Shown piece by piece: positions 16,283 to 29,683 of a DNA stretch of 64,000 bases. The stretch is taken from contig OZ024749.1 in assembly GCA_964016885.1 (NCBI GenBank), positions 45,570,001 to 45,634,000 of the forward strand, read 5' to 3'. Each line of letters begins with the position of its first letter. Position 1 is the stretch's first letter. The notes beneath the pieces are model-generated. The model made no database searches. It saw only the letters and a list, made by a program, of their open reading frames with translations, and was not told where the DNA came from. Made by a program: the position numbers and the translations under genes. Source of the stretch: Eledone cirrhosa. Its lineage: Eukaryota.

Positions 16283-16850
16283 TAGATAGAGAGATAGAGA
16301 GAGATAGAGTGGGAGAGAAAGATTGAGAGAGATAGTTGTATGGGCACATGTGACTTTGCTATAGGTGTGGGTATAAAATAGAAATATGTACGTCAAATTA
16401 TGATCCCACTACCAAGATATTTCAATGACAACGAATTGATGTTTAATATAATATAATTCTCGTCGTCGGTCGAAATGTTCGAACTATTGGGTAAACACCA
16501 CAAATATCAATGGATGCGAAGACTATTACTGCTAAAGGCTGAAGATGCAACGTAGTATAACTTTATTCACTATTGAAAGTGTTATTGTATATATATCTAA
16601 TGCATATCATATCTTATTCAGCTGTTAGGTGCAGCGTTATAGTAACACTGGTAATACATATTAGCTGTTGATGTTACTGTTGATTTGCTGTGTAAGCTAA
16701 TCAATATTTCATCATACCATTCATTAATTTGTTCAGACCAATCACTTACTAATTCACCTGTAAATTAAATGTTTAAGTGCATGTCAATGTCAATGTCCTG
16801 ACAACATTGAATTCTTTCCCCTCAACGAAATAGATGAACTACACGGTCCA

Positions 16851-16935
<85 letters not shown>

Positions 16936-16994
16936 ATGTTGATTTAAAACTGCACTATCCACAAGTGTTTTTTAGCCTTCATATCATGTTCTCC

Positions 16995-17065
16995 TGTTTT
17001 ATCTGATGAAAACACAAATATTATTGCATGATGATGTTTGTTTTTGAAATGCGCATAATAAAATA
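16995..17065 (+). ncRNA. Type-I hammerhead ribozyme with long stem II (canonical core)
   Basis: Stem I TGTTTTAT/ATAAAATA; CTGATGA 17003-09; stem II 17010-45 pairs at 15 of 16 positions (G-U included) around a GCAT loop; GAAA 17046-49; palindromic stem III ATGCGCAT; predicted cleavage after A17057. Confidence 0.85.
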
Positions 17066-17122
17066 CATGGAACTCCTTTAACCATCTTTTGATCTTATTA
17101 TTATATATATATATATATATAC

Positions 17123-17157
<35 letters not shown>

Positions 17158-17188
17158 TGTATGTATGTATGTATGTATACATGCGTAC

Positions 17189-17257
<69 letters not shown>

Positions 17258-17874
17258 CACTAATAATAGGAATGATTATAGGACCCTGTGGCCAATAAAT
17301 AAATCATCATTATTATATTATATATATATACACGCAATTTGTGTGAGTCTATGAGTGTGTGTATCCGGGTGTGTGTCTATAGGTGTATATGTGTGTGTGT
17401 CATGTGTCATTTTCCAGCTTTAGTCTACATGATTAATGAGAACGTTAGGTAATTCGTGATCAAAAATTGTTGGCCTTTTTTCATGGGAACAAATTCAATT
17501 TAAAATATTGTCAGCGGTGAAATAATACTTTGTTGGGAAAAAACGATGTCTTGGGTTTCTTTGGGAAAGTTGTATCTTTAGATTTGTTATGGATGCAATA
17601 AAATACGAATCACTCGATTGAGTCAATGGCTCGTAGTAATCCTGCTTTAAAATCATGTGAATGTTTCGTCTCTATTGAAGAACATTTCCAATTTCATTTA
17701 ACAAGGAATCGTTTTCTTCTTGCCTCTGCAATCTCTCTACAATACTATAAATTTCGAAGGGCTTTTTCTCAAAGACAAGCACAACAATATATATATTCGG
17801 TCGTGAAGTATTAAATTTGTAGAAAATGTAGAAAACACAAATTTCTATAAATTTCATACTTGGCGAACGAACAC

Positions 17875-17996
<122 letters not shown>

Positions 17997-18759
17997 GATA
18001 TTAACAAATGGAAACTATATTTATAAAACCATATTTATTTCATTATACATATTTCAAGGATACCAAGTTAAATTATGGTTTGCCTTCATCTGACAAAATA
18101 CAATATATACCACTTTTATAAATAAACATTGACGTACCCTTTCAAAATGCAACCGTTACTTTTGGAAGACATCAGGATATATATATATATACATGAAGGG
18201 GAAAGAGAGCAAGAGAGAGAGAAGGAGAAAGAGAGAAAGTGTGGTGGACAGCCATGTACGCAGCATCATCAAACAATTTAAACAGCAATAATGATTCTAT
18301 TAGGTCTTAACGTATGATATGCCCTATACATGATATATAGTTACATTTCCTCTGCGAAGCATTTTCATTTTGCAAGTGCGCCTAACATGCAAGAAATATC
18401 TTAAAACGACGGAAGAGAATATAAGCAAAAAAACGTTGGTAACGATGTGAGTATAATTCCTGCGTCTATATATTCCTTGTGGGGAATATAAATTTCAACT
18501 GACCATGAATATTCCTTCAACTTCACGATTGTGTTTACGTTTATCTTTGTGTCATGGCTTAGGTTCAATAACTTAGGAATTTACTATCAAATACGTCACA
18601 GATGTGAAAGCATACACTGGAATCCTTATAATGGAGTAAATCGTATTGTGGCCCCAGTATGTACACCAGCAGTGTAATAGGTGAAACCGAGAAAATAGTA
18701 TGTCTATGAATGCATGTCTCTCTACATCTCTTTGCTTATATATATATATATATATACAT

Positions 18760-18852
<93 letters not shown>

Positions 18853-18883
18853 AGAAAAACCACAGACCCTCCATCTCAACTCA

Positions 18884-18921
18884 CCTTTTGAAAAGCAGAA
18901 GAACTGCGAAACCGGTAAAGG
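18884..18921 (+). ncRNA. Minimal hammerhead ribozyme, U3-A8 compensatory core variant
   Basis: CCTT-TTGAAAA-GCAG aagaa CTGC-GAA-ACCGGT-A-AAGG, followed by AATAAA. The C3-G8 pair is replaced by U3-A8; stem III is the palindrome ACCGGT. Confidence 0.7.
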
Positions 18922-18989
18922 AACCAAATAAATATATATATTTAAAAAAAAAAAAAGACTCCAGTTACATTTTCGATTTCATCTCTTTT

Positions 18990-19092
<103 letters not shown>

Positions 19093-19190
19093 ATAATATG
19101 TATATCTATATTTATATATGCTTGATATAACTATAGATATGTAGGGTAGTACTAAGTACTATACAGTTACCGGTATGACAAAAGGCTCAA

Positions 19191-19400
19191 TGTATTTTTT
19201 ATCTGTAAATTATCTTTTCTAAGATTTGTATTAACTGTTATTAAGCTGTTCGTAAACCGTTAGGTTACTTAATTTGTTGTCAACTGATGGTTCTCAACTT
19301 CCGGTGTAAAATTATAAATTTAAGTAATCTAACGGTTTACCAACAGCTTAATAACGGTTAATACAACCTTAGAAAAGATAATTTACAGATAAAAAATGCA
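19191..19400. repeat. ~82-bp inverted repeat (foldback)
   Basis: 19191-19273 vs 19319-19400 with few mismatches and a ~45-nt spacer. Confidence 0.9.
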
Positions 19401-20045
19401 TAATATAATATACCTACAATAACAAAATGGCCAGTAATACGGAGGAATTTACAATTAACAAACAAACATCTATAGACTATAAACAACTTAAAATAATCCC
19501 ATGGTTAATAGCTGTGAGTAACAAACAACACATACACATAGATACGAACTACATCACAAAAACACTTAAATGATAATCACATACCGAACTCTATCTTGTG
19601 CTTTACATTACACCTTACATAAGAAATACCTACATTATCAACACATGCCTCTCTAACAAATTGCACACTATCTTAAATGTTTATAATAAATATAACATGC
19701 CTTAACACCCCACAGAATATATGTTTTCTTCAACTGCAGTATAACTCTTTCCTCATACATGCATTATTTCGTATTGACTGTATTGACTCCGGCATTGTAC
19801 ACCAATTGTCCTTGCCTATAACTTCTTTCCCTGTGTTTATTTTGCTTGTGATTTTTTGGCTTGTGCTTTTTGCTTTTACTTATACCTATTACACATCCAA
19901 CCACTGGTGCCTGTAAATGTGTTATTTCAAGCGGAACATCTTTTTAACTCCCGAATCTCCACATAATGCCTTTGACACTAACAACAACTATGTACCCTAA
20001 ATGTTCTAAATGACTATGATTTTAGATACACGTTTTCGACATTCC

Positions 20046-20100
20046 TTATGCTCCGATGAATTCAGACTTCCCTCTGGAAGAAACAATTGTCAGCTAATAA
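20046..20100 (+). ncRNA. Minimal hammerhead ribozyme-like motif (U4C core)
   Basis: GCT-CCGATGA-a-TTCAGA cttccc TCTGGA-a-GAA-ACAATTGT-C-AGC-t-AATAAA; palindromic stem III and GUC triplet; one core substitution and an A-A mismatch at the base of stem II. Confidence 0.6.
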
Positions 20101-20222
20101 ATGTTCTAAACTAAAATTTGATTGTTATAACACTTTATATATATATATATATATACTAATATATACATGTATATGTACATATATATATATATGCATATGC
20201 ATCTATCCATCTATCTATCTAG

Positions 20223-20428
<206 letters not shown>

Positions 20429-20650
20429 ACACCGTATGAATGGCATATACATGTACACATGTACGCTGTTATATGCCGAATGGTGTTGGCTCACGAACAC
20501 GATTAAAGATCAGATTCATCAGGGTAAGTTGACTCACACTAATTTGGAAAATTACCTTTGGTCGAACGGCAAGCAAGTCAGGTATTTGATTAGAAGCTAA
20601 AAGCGGAGATTAAGAATCTAATTATGCCAGCTTAGATTGTTCATTAGATA

Positions 20651-20777
<127 letters not shown>

Positions 20778-20981
20778 CACTCGCTTTCCTAATTTCTCTC
20801 TTCACCCTCTCTCTCTTTACCATGTTCTCTCCCTTGTCTCTCTCTCTCAATCTTACACACATATATACGCAGTCATATGCACACATGTCCTTTATCTCTC
20901 TTTCTATCTTTCGCTACGATGTTCCTTTTAATTAAGAAAATGGCGATGTCGCTTTCTTCCTCTACGTATGTATATATTTAT

Positions 20982-21060
<79 letters not shown>

Positions 21061-21140
21061 AGAGAGTATGTGTATGTGTATGTGTGTATGTGTGTGTGTG
21101 TATTTATATATGTGTGTGTGTATATATATGTATATATATT

Positions 21141-21558
21141 AATATATGTATAGTATATTTGATAATATACTGTATATTTATTTTAAAATATTTTGAAGAC
21201 CATTTGCTATGAGTTTTAAAGTAGTTACTTTGTCAATTACTTTCTCTCGGCAAAAACAAAGGGAAGCAACCGACAGCTGTTTCTCGTTTGTTAACGGTTA
21301 TGAAGATTGCTTATCCCCTCGCTTTTGCCGAGCCTTATCGAAGCTGGATTCTTATAGAATTCCAGTGATGTTTAAGAGGTGATTAAGCAGAGCAGTTGCC
21401 GGTCCAGCAAAACGAGAAACAGCTGTCGGTTGCTTCCCTTTGTTTTTGCCGAAACAAAGTAAGTGACATAGTCACTACATTAAAACTCATAGCGAATGGG
21501 TTTGAAAATATTTAAAAATAAACATACAGTATATTATCAAATATACTATACATATATT
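21141..21558. repeat. ~150-bp inverted repeat (foldback) carrying hammerhead halves
   Basis: 21141-21290 vs 21408-21558; both arms contain GAAACAGCTGTCGGTTGCTT on opposite strands. Confidence 0.9.
21264..21312 (-). ncRNA. Decayed hammerhead ribozyme (U3-A8 type core with G5C)
   Basis: Minus strand: AAGCAATC-TTCATAA-cCGTT aaca AACGa-GAA-ACAGCTGT-C-GGTTGCTT; 8-bp stem I, palindromic stem III, GUC triplet. Confidence 0.55.
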
Positions 21559-21590
21559 CATACATACATCGGTATTTCAGAGAACTGATA

Positions 21591-21673
<83 letters not shown>

Positions 21674-21909
21674 GCTTGTGCGTACGACTGTATATATGCA
21701 TGGGAATATGTGCTTATTCTTGTCTGTGCATATGTATATATCTATCTATGTTTATGTATGTATATAGATATGCATATACGTATTCAGTTCTGTTAGTTTA
21801 TGCTTATAAATATATACGCATGTATACATGTATACGCATGTATACATATGCGCATGTATACATATTGGCATGCACACTTATGGTTTTGTCCGGTCGTTTA
21901 TACATAGTA

Positions 21910-22438
21910 CTAGCAGTGGTACCCGGCGTTGCACGGGATAAGGTATTTTGAAACGCAGACCTAATCTTGAAAAAACTGCATGCCTGGACAATATGTAGTG
22001 AAAATAAACCAAATACTCTGATAGGTGGATAATCTTTAAGATTTCCCTCGGTGAAGCATCGAAAATGCAGGTTTTCACCTAATGCGGAAACCAGGCCATA
22101 AAAAAAGTTGGATTTTCGTTACTCAGGTTATGAAGAAGACACTGACTAATACATAGTTACAATTTCAAGGAAATCGGTCTGACGTAACGCCTTAAAAATA
22201 GCCTAAAACGCTGAAAAAAACGCAGTTTTTCACCTCATGCTGGACCTAAGGGATCAAGAAGTTTGAAAACAATCGGTTGGGTACTTCTCGAGTTTTAGGG
22301 ATTTAAACTCACAGATAGACCACAATCACACACACACGCACACATACATACACACAAAAACACACACACACATACACACACACATACACATACACACGCA
22401 CACACATTCACAGACATCCTCAGTGTTATATATATAGA
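21910..22438 (-). mobile_element. Non-autonomous Helitron (second family member)
   Basis: Plus strand A|CTAGCAGTGGTACCCGGCGTTGCACGGG ... (CA)n ... GTTATATATATAGA|T; termini match the 10903-12122 element, interior differs. Confidence 0.85.
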
Positions 22439-22844
22439 TTATTGAGAACATATTGTTTTATATCCAAGTAAAAATAATATGTCACGATAGATTTATACAT
22501 AATTTTAACTAACATCACCTCCATCAAAAGAGTACACGCAAAATAGAGTACATATGCATTATGTGTAAACTTAACACTACGTTGTGGATTTGTTTAAATA
22601 CGTTCATGTACATCTGAATATCTTCGAAGGAGTTTTACAGAAATGGCCTTCGACTTTTGCTATGGCGAATCAACTGGTTATACTTTCAAACTTCAAAATC
22701 TAATTATCTATTCTTTTTGTACAAGTGAATATTAATTAGCGATTATGCAGTACATATATATATATATATATTTATATATATGTGTGTGTGTGTGTGTGCG
22801 TGCGTATATATAAATATAAATATATATATATTTATATATACATA

Positions 22845-22895
22845 TTTCGTTTCTGAATTTGTTTAGCAACATGACCCTCCCAAAGTATAACAATA
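22845..22895. mobile_element. Family D, internally inverted copy
   Basis: TTTCGTTTCTGAATTTGTTTAGCAA joined to inverted CATGACCCTCCCAAAGTATAACAAT. Confidence 0.7.
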
Positions 22896-22902
22896 TATAT
22901 AC

Positions 22903-22952
<50 letters not shown>

Positions 22953-23202
22953 ATATATATATCTCTATATATATATATATATATATATATAAATATATAT
23001 ATAAATATATATACATATATATATATATGTGTGAACATATAAATATATATATATTTATATATATATATTTATATATGAACACACAACTATATATACATAT
23101 GAAGGACTCGGCTAAATATTAATATAAAACAAAACCAGACCCAACAATGTCCTTACATAACATCCAGGTTAACATGTGCTACACATGAAATAAATAAACA
23201 CA

Positions 23203-23298
<96 letters not shown>

Positions 23299-23323
23299 TA
23301 TATATGAGTGTGTGAGTCTATAC

Positions 23324-23391
<68 letters not shown>

Positions 23392-23484
23392 GTTTACATA
23401 TACATAAAGTCATAGATATATATGTTTTGCAACCGGTCACGTTGTGGTATATATTTTATCTAGTGATTCTAAGGACATGATTTA

Positions 23485-23553
<69 letters not shown>

Positions 23554-23831
23554 TATGTATATATAAATGTTCATGTACACACGTAGGTATTTTGATCCCT
23601 GTCTCAGCTATCGCCGACTAGATCACCTAGATTGTTAGGCGTCTAGCTACATGATCTGACCGAGCCTCTTTACTTGTCGATCGATTACTTTTGTCGACGC
23701 GACGCCAACTCGACATGAAGGAAATTTTAGATTTTAGCCGACATTCCAACGTCACATATATATTTTTTATATATTTTTAGACGCCGCGCCACCTTAAAAA
23801 CACCTGCTCCTTTATTTTTACTACACACACT

Positions 23832-23891
23832 TGGTGAGACTTAAACTGACACACAATCGCATACACAAACTCATACATACATATATACGCA

Positions 23892-23964
<73 letters not shown>

Positions 23965-24023
23965 GGTGAGACTTAAACGGACACACAATCGCATACACAA
24001 ACTCATACATACATATATACGCA

Positions 24024-24097
<74 letters not shown>
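23832..24097. repeat. Tandem duplication, 132-bp period (65-bp unique block + (TA)n)
   Basis: TGGTGAGACTTAAACkGACACACAATCGCATACACAAACTCATACATACATATATACGCATATTT at 23832 and 23964. Confidence 0.9.
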
Positions 24098-24099
<2 letters not shown>

Positions 24100-24203
24100 T
24101 GTCTGCGAATATATATATATATATATTACGCACTTCTAAGCAAGGCGAATTGTACGCATTTGATTTGAAAATGCCAGCCACGTTCTTCATCATTCAGTAT
24201 AGC

Positions 24204-24280
24204 AAGAAGAAGAAGAAGAAGAAGAAGAAGAAGAAGAAGAAGAAGAAGAAGAAGAAGAAGAAGAAGAAGAAGAAGAAGAA
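24204..24280. repeat. (AAG)n microsatellite
   Basis: Perfect AAG run of about 25 units. Confidence 0.98.
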
Positions 24281-24477
24281 TCACAAATTTTGGAATATTA
24301 TTTTCATTTTGGGTCATCTCAATGAAGATCGCTGTGAAAGCTTAACATCAAATAGAACATTAATATCCCAAACCACATTAAACAATATTAGCTCTTAGCC
24401 ACCCTAAACCAAAATTACAGTCTCAAAATTGCTGAACTTACACACACGTGTGTCTTTTGAAATAGATTGAATGTATT

Positions 24478-24568
24478 GATTACTATTTGAGCACAATGCC
24501 AGCAAATCTATGGGAAAAAGAAAGTTGTTTATATCAACTGAGTACATGATATTCATTGACCCTGAACA
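24478..24568 (-). mobile_element. Degenerate SINE family A 3' fragment
   Basis: TACTATTTGAGCACAATGCCAGCAA...ATTGACCCTGAA resembles the family A tail. Confidence 0.45.
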
Positions 24569-25296
24569 TTCGTCCTCAGCATTATGTGGTAAAGCGATTA
24601 TATCAGCAGCTGTAACAATACACCCTTATGTAATAACGCTATATGCTAGAAATAACAAGAAACGTGCACCTCAAATCTTTGGTAAATGAGCACGGATATA
24701 TTATATACTGTATCAACAAGTTAATTAGCTTCTACGCAACAGGCAACCGAGGTGACATCTCCCCAGATGTTTAAATTGTTTTAAACAGAAGGACAAAAGG
24801 TATCCCTCAAATCTGTGACTTCGTTGATAGCATATTGAACAAATGAATTTGACTGGAATATCTTTCAATATAGTGCTGCTGCTCCAAGACTATTATGGGA
24901 TTAAACATTAATGTTAAGATCATTATCCCCATCAAAATTTATAGTAGGAGACAAGCCATATGAACGTCCATTTTAATTAAAAACAGATTGACAATTACAC
25001 GCCTAAATCATATCCTAAATGCAGTGTTTCAGTTCTAACGAACATCTTGCACTAGCTGCAGAAACATCCATTAATTAAAAAGTGCTTCTGCAATGGAAAG
25101 ACGAATACAAAATCACAATGATAGACATGAGGTAAAGCTTGCTAAAAGCAAGCAAAAGGTAACATCTTCAAACGCTTAATTAATTAAGGGCAGAAGAAAC
25201 TCACGATACACTACCAACTGATTAGCAATTTACCGGGTTTGATAAATCTAAAACACATATCCACACACCCCACAAACATATATACATATATATATA

Positions 25297-25445
<149 letters not shown>

Positions 25446-25717
25446 CCTCATCAGTGATTTGCCAACCATCATTGGTATTTCATCGCATTAAAAATCAAAT
25501 ACCTCAGGTTGGTGCGAGCAATAACTAAAATAAGCTATTGGGACAAGTGAAACGTGTAAAGCGAGTGAGACAAGTAAACAACAAGAAGGAAAAGCAAACC
25601 GAACGTTGGAAAAACAGCTAGCAACATGATGGTTATCCGATCAGCATAAACTTGGTGAATTTCATGAGCGGTCAGAGAAGCAGACCGTTCGCCGTGAATG
25701 AGGTGTGAGAAAGAAGG

Positions 25718-25819
<102 letters not shown>

Positions 25820-26318
25820 TTGAGCTTTTGTTTCCAGAGTGGGGCTAGATTGATACAGATCGAACGTTGTCACACGTCATTAATTTCCTCTCAACCAAAC
25901 ATATCAGCTAATAAATAGATATATACACACATAAATAGAGAACACAAAATGGCAAGACGTATATGGTCATTTATATTAAGAGTGCAACTGAGAGTTCACT
26001 TGCAAAATTAACATGAGATATATCAGGAACCGTATTATAATTAGAAACAGCAACATCATCATCATCATCAGTAGTAGTATTCATATCAGTAGTAACGAAA
26101 TATTACCAGGCTTCAATAAGGCGGAGGATCAACAAAGACTAGATGTCAATAAGACATCCCACTTCTAAGTAAATGTTATGTAACACCTGTAGTATTGATA
26201 TGTGGAGCCGGGGGTAGATTTACAGTAGCCGCAGCAGTTAGTGTTGTGTGTATATGAATATATATGTGTGTTGGTGTGTGTGCATGTGTGCGTGCGTGCG
26301 TGCGTGTGTATATGTATA

Positions 26319-26425
<107 letters not shown>

Positions 26426-26569
26426 AAAACATGAGAAGTAAGAAGAATACTGCGTGGTTTGCACATGGGTTACATATGATGAAAATAGTCCTTCGTCAGT
26501 GATTTTCCAATATATATATAGAGAGATTTTCCAATATATATATATATATATTTCCAATATATATATATA

Positions 26570-26699
26570 TTAGCCGTCGAAACGGTTGAGCTCAGCCGTC
26601 GGGGACCTACTTGTTCCTATTACCCACTCTACTACCCTAAGTATTGAGTACTTTGGTGCGTTATGGTCCATCTGGTTCCTTACCACATTTCCTTCGTTA
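26570..26699 (+). mobile_element. (TA)n-embedded short element, family C
   Basis: TTAGCCGTCGAAACGG...ATTACCCACTCTACTACCCTAAGTATTGAGTAC...CCTTCGTTA(TA)n. Confidence 0.9.
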
Positions 26700-28411
26700 T
26701 ATATATATATATATAATCTAATAATAATATTAATAAGGAGTCGGATTCGAAGAGAAGTTTCCGGATATTCCATAATCATTTCATCATTAATTATAATTTG
26801 TTTATGAGGTATGAGGAAGAATGTATTGCAAGTTCTCTCAGGTTTAAATTAATGTTATACCATTCCTGTGCAAATTGCATCCCTCTCGCCTTTTTCAATG
26901 GCAGTGGCATTAACATTAACTATTGAAACTGTTCATAGAGTGGCCATAACTCATGCGACCGCCTGCTTGGAAAGTGTTGTCCCAGCCTGTATTGGATACG
27001 CCTTATTTAGCTTGGGTAAACAGCGTTAGATATTCTGTATAATGCTTATGTTTATAACTGCAAAACACGTGTTGTGAGAGGTTACGTTAATATGTGGAAA
27101 AGGGTACTAAATTCATACAAAAAAAAAAAAGGATGATGCTTATCAGGTTACTAGAAGCAGTCGCCATATGTAAACGAGACTGTAATGAAGATGTACAACA
27201 GCTTTCGTTGTTTACAACCCACTGCTGCAAATATTAAACTTATCAATTTTGAAGAGGAGTTCCATGAATACAAGTGCAATTATTATCATACTCTTACTCT
27301 GAAACAAAACAGACCCTAGTTGTGCAGTTCCAGAAGTATACTAGTTTTCTTTCTGTAGGAATATATCGATTGCTACATTTTCAACACTTCTATTTCTAGG
27401 AACTTGAAACAAGTAAAGGAAGACATGTATGGTGATATAACGATTCTATCAAATTGCTAAATACGTTTTGTGAACAAAGACAAGCTCTAAGTGAAATTGT
27501 TCTGTTTACTTTATACAATAGTGCATTCACCGGCAATATGAATTAATTAACAAATCCATAGTGTAATTTGCTTTCATCTCAAAACGAAGGTAACATTGAT
27601 TCGTCATTGGATGGAACACACTTCATTGCGTATATAATCATGCAAAACAGCGCTGTGGCATTAGCTACGTATCAATGAACGAATAAATGAAGAAATGAAG
27701 AAATGAAAGGACGAATGAAGTTTGCTCACGATTTTAACCTATATATTTTGATCCAAATGAGATAAAAATGTTTGGTTGAGTTCTTGTTTGTTTATACGAT
27801 ATGTAGCAATAAGTTACTTGTTACCTACACAGGCAAGATTACGTATACATACATATAAACTAGAGCTGACAATATACAGATATATCGACAGAAAATGCAT
27901 TATATATCTGTTATTGTAATGTCTCTTCCTTTGTTAGACATGCAAAGACCAAAGCCTTATTTTATATATAGAATGATATATATTAACATAACTAATTAAA
28001 TAAATACTAGTTTAAATTACTATGAAACATATATTGCAGAGTGTGTTTGTGGGAAAGTGCATGCATGTATATATACATGTGGTTTTGCTATAGAGTTTGT
28101 TTGTATGCGTATATGCTCGCACATTTGTTGTTGTTTAATTCGATATACATGTAGCTAAATGATGATATATGCATTAGTAATCAATTCTTGTAATTCCTGC
28201 AAGGAAAATGTCGACAATCAATCACACTTTCCAAGAGATGTATACTGTCTAATTTGATAATGCTGAAGGATAGTCTCATACTTGCAATGGATATATCTAT
28301 GATTGTATTTCTGTCTATGAAATTTGTCATAGTGAATACATGAGGAGTCGTGATGATGAAGTTGAGAGAGGGATGACAGAGAACTTGATGTGTTATAATG
28401 ATAATGATGAC

Positions 28412-28443
<32 letters not shown>

Positions 28444-29599
28444 GTGTGATAACGCTGTTGCTGCTAATGGTGGTGAGAGTAATTGTCAAAATTCATGTCA
28501 ACTGTTTTATTCAAATTTGCTTTATTATAATTTCTTTACTTGGATATGTATTCACAGCACCATTATCTCAATTTATGTACATATATATATATATATCACA
28601 AATGTCATGTATATACCGCTCTCTATTTGTCTCTCCTTTTTCTACATCTATTCCTTTGAATTTAAACCGCTCACTTATATACATACCCTTGTTTTTATCT
28701 TTGATATTTTTTTCAACTTTCTCATTTTTTTTCTTACAGATAAAAATATATATAATACTTGAAATAAATTCAAATATACATACCAATTGGCGATAGATGT
28801 CAATGTATTTAGATGTATTTCTTAAAAGAAAAATACTGCAAACGAGGCCAGCATTTTTTGGAAATTTATGCCGTATTTGCTAGCGGCTGGACACGAGCTG
28901 TAACAGATATTTCACGATTTCTTCTGAAAAATATTTCCGGTTAATGAAAATCTTGTTTACCATTATTACAACAAATTTGAATTATAGACAACGAAGAAAT
29001 CCCCATAAAAAAACAAAAATCAAAAGCTAATGTGTCAACCCCTTTTTGGAGTAAGTATTATAAAGAAATATATTGTGCTTAAAACACGCGCGAATTTTAA
29101 AATATCCACTGAAATATCCAGGAACGTCAAGGGTTTTATTTGAAGAAAGATTAACTATTTCAGTATGTTACATCATCGACCATCATTTGGCAGTTTTGTA
29201 TGAATAAAAATAAAAAAAAGGAAACAATATACGTGTTAACCTGAGAAAAGCACACACACACACAAACATACACGCAAACACACACACACAAACAAACACA
29301 GACACACACACACACACTCGCAAACACACACGTGCTCATACACACACGCATACACACACTATATACACATACATACACAAACACACACACACAAACACTC
29401 ATATATACATATATATGTATATATATATATATGTATGTATATTTATATATGTGTCTGTATGTGTATGTGTGTGAGTGTGTGTGTGGGGGGGGGGGGGGTG
29501 ATCATATACACATCTTTATATATATTTATATACATACAAAACATTTTTATATTTTCATTATTCTTTAAACTTTGATCATTAACGTTTGCTTTGATTTTG

Positions 29600-29683
<84 letters not shown>

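Larger units (their letters stand above)
19140..20135 (+). mobile_element. Probable 3' remnant of a Penelope-like retroelement
   Basis: ~1-kb island between (TA)n tracts ending in a hammerhead-like motif plus AATAAA; 5' inverted repeat at 19191-19400; short peptide NKLHTILN near 19654-19677 recalls PLE GIY-YIG C-termini (weak). Confidence 0.45.

Noticed and set aside
17410-17860. Possible decayed Penelope RT/linker coding sequence on the minus strand
   Set aside because: Only vague peptide resemblance, with several stops; needs a translated search.
24099-24398. Poly-Lys / poly-Leu ORFs
   Set aside because: Products of the (AAG)n microsatellite.
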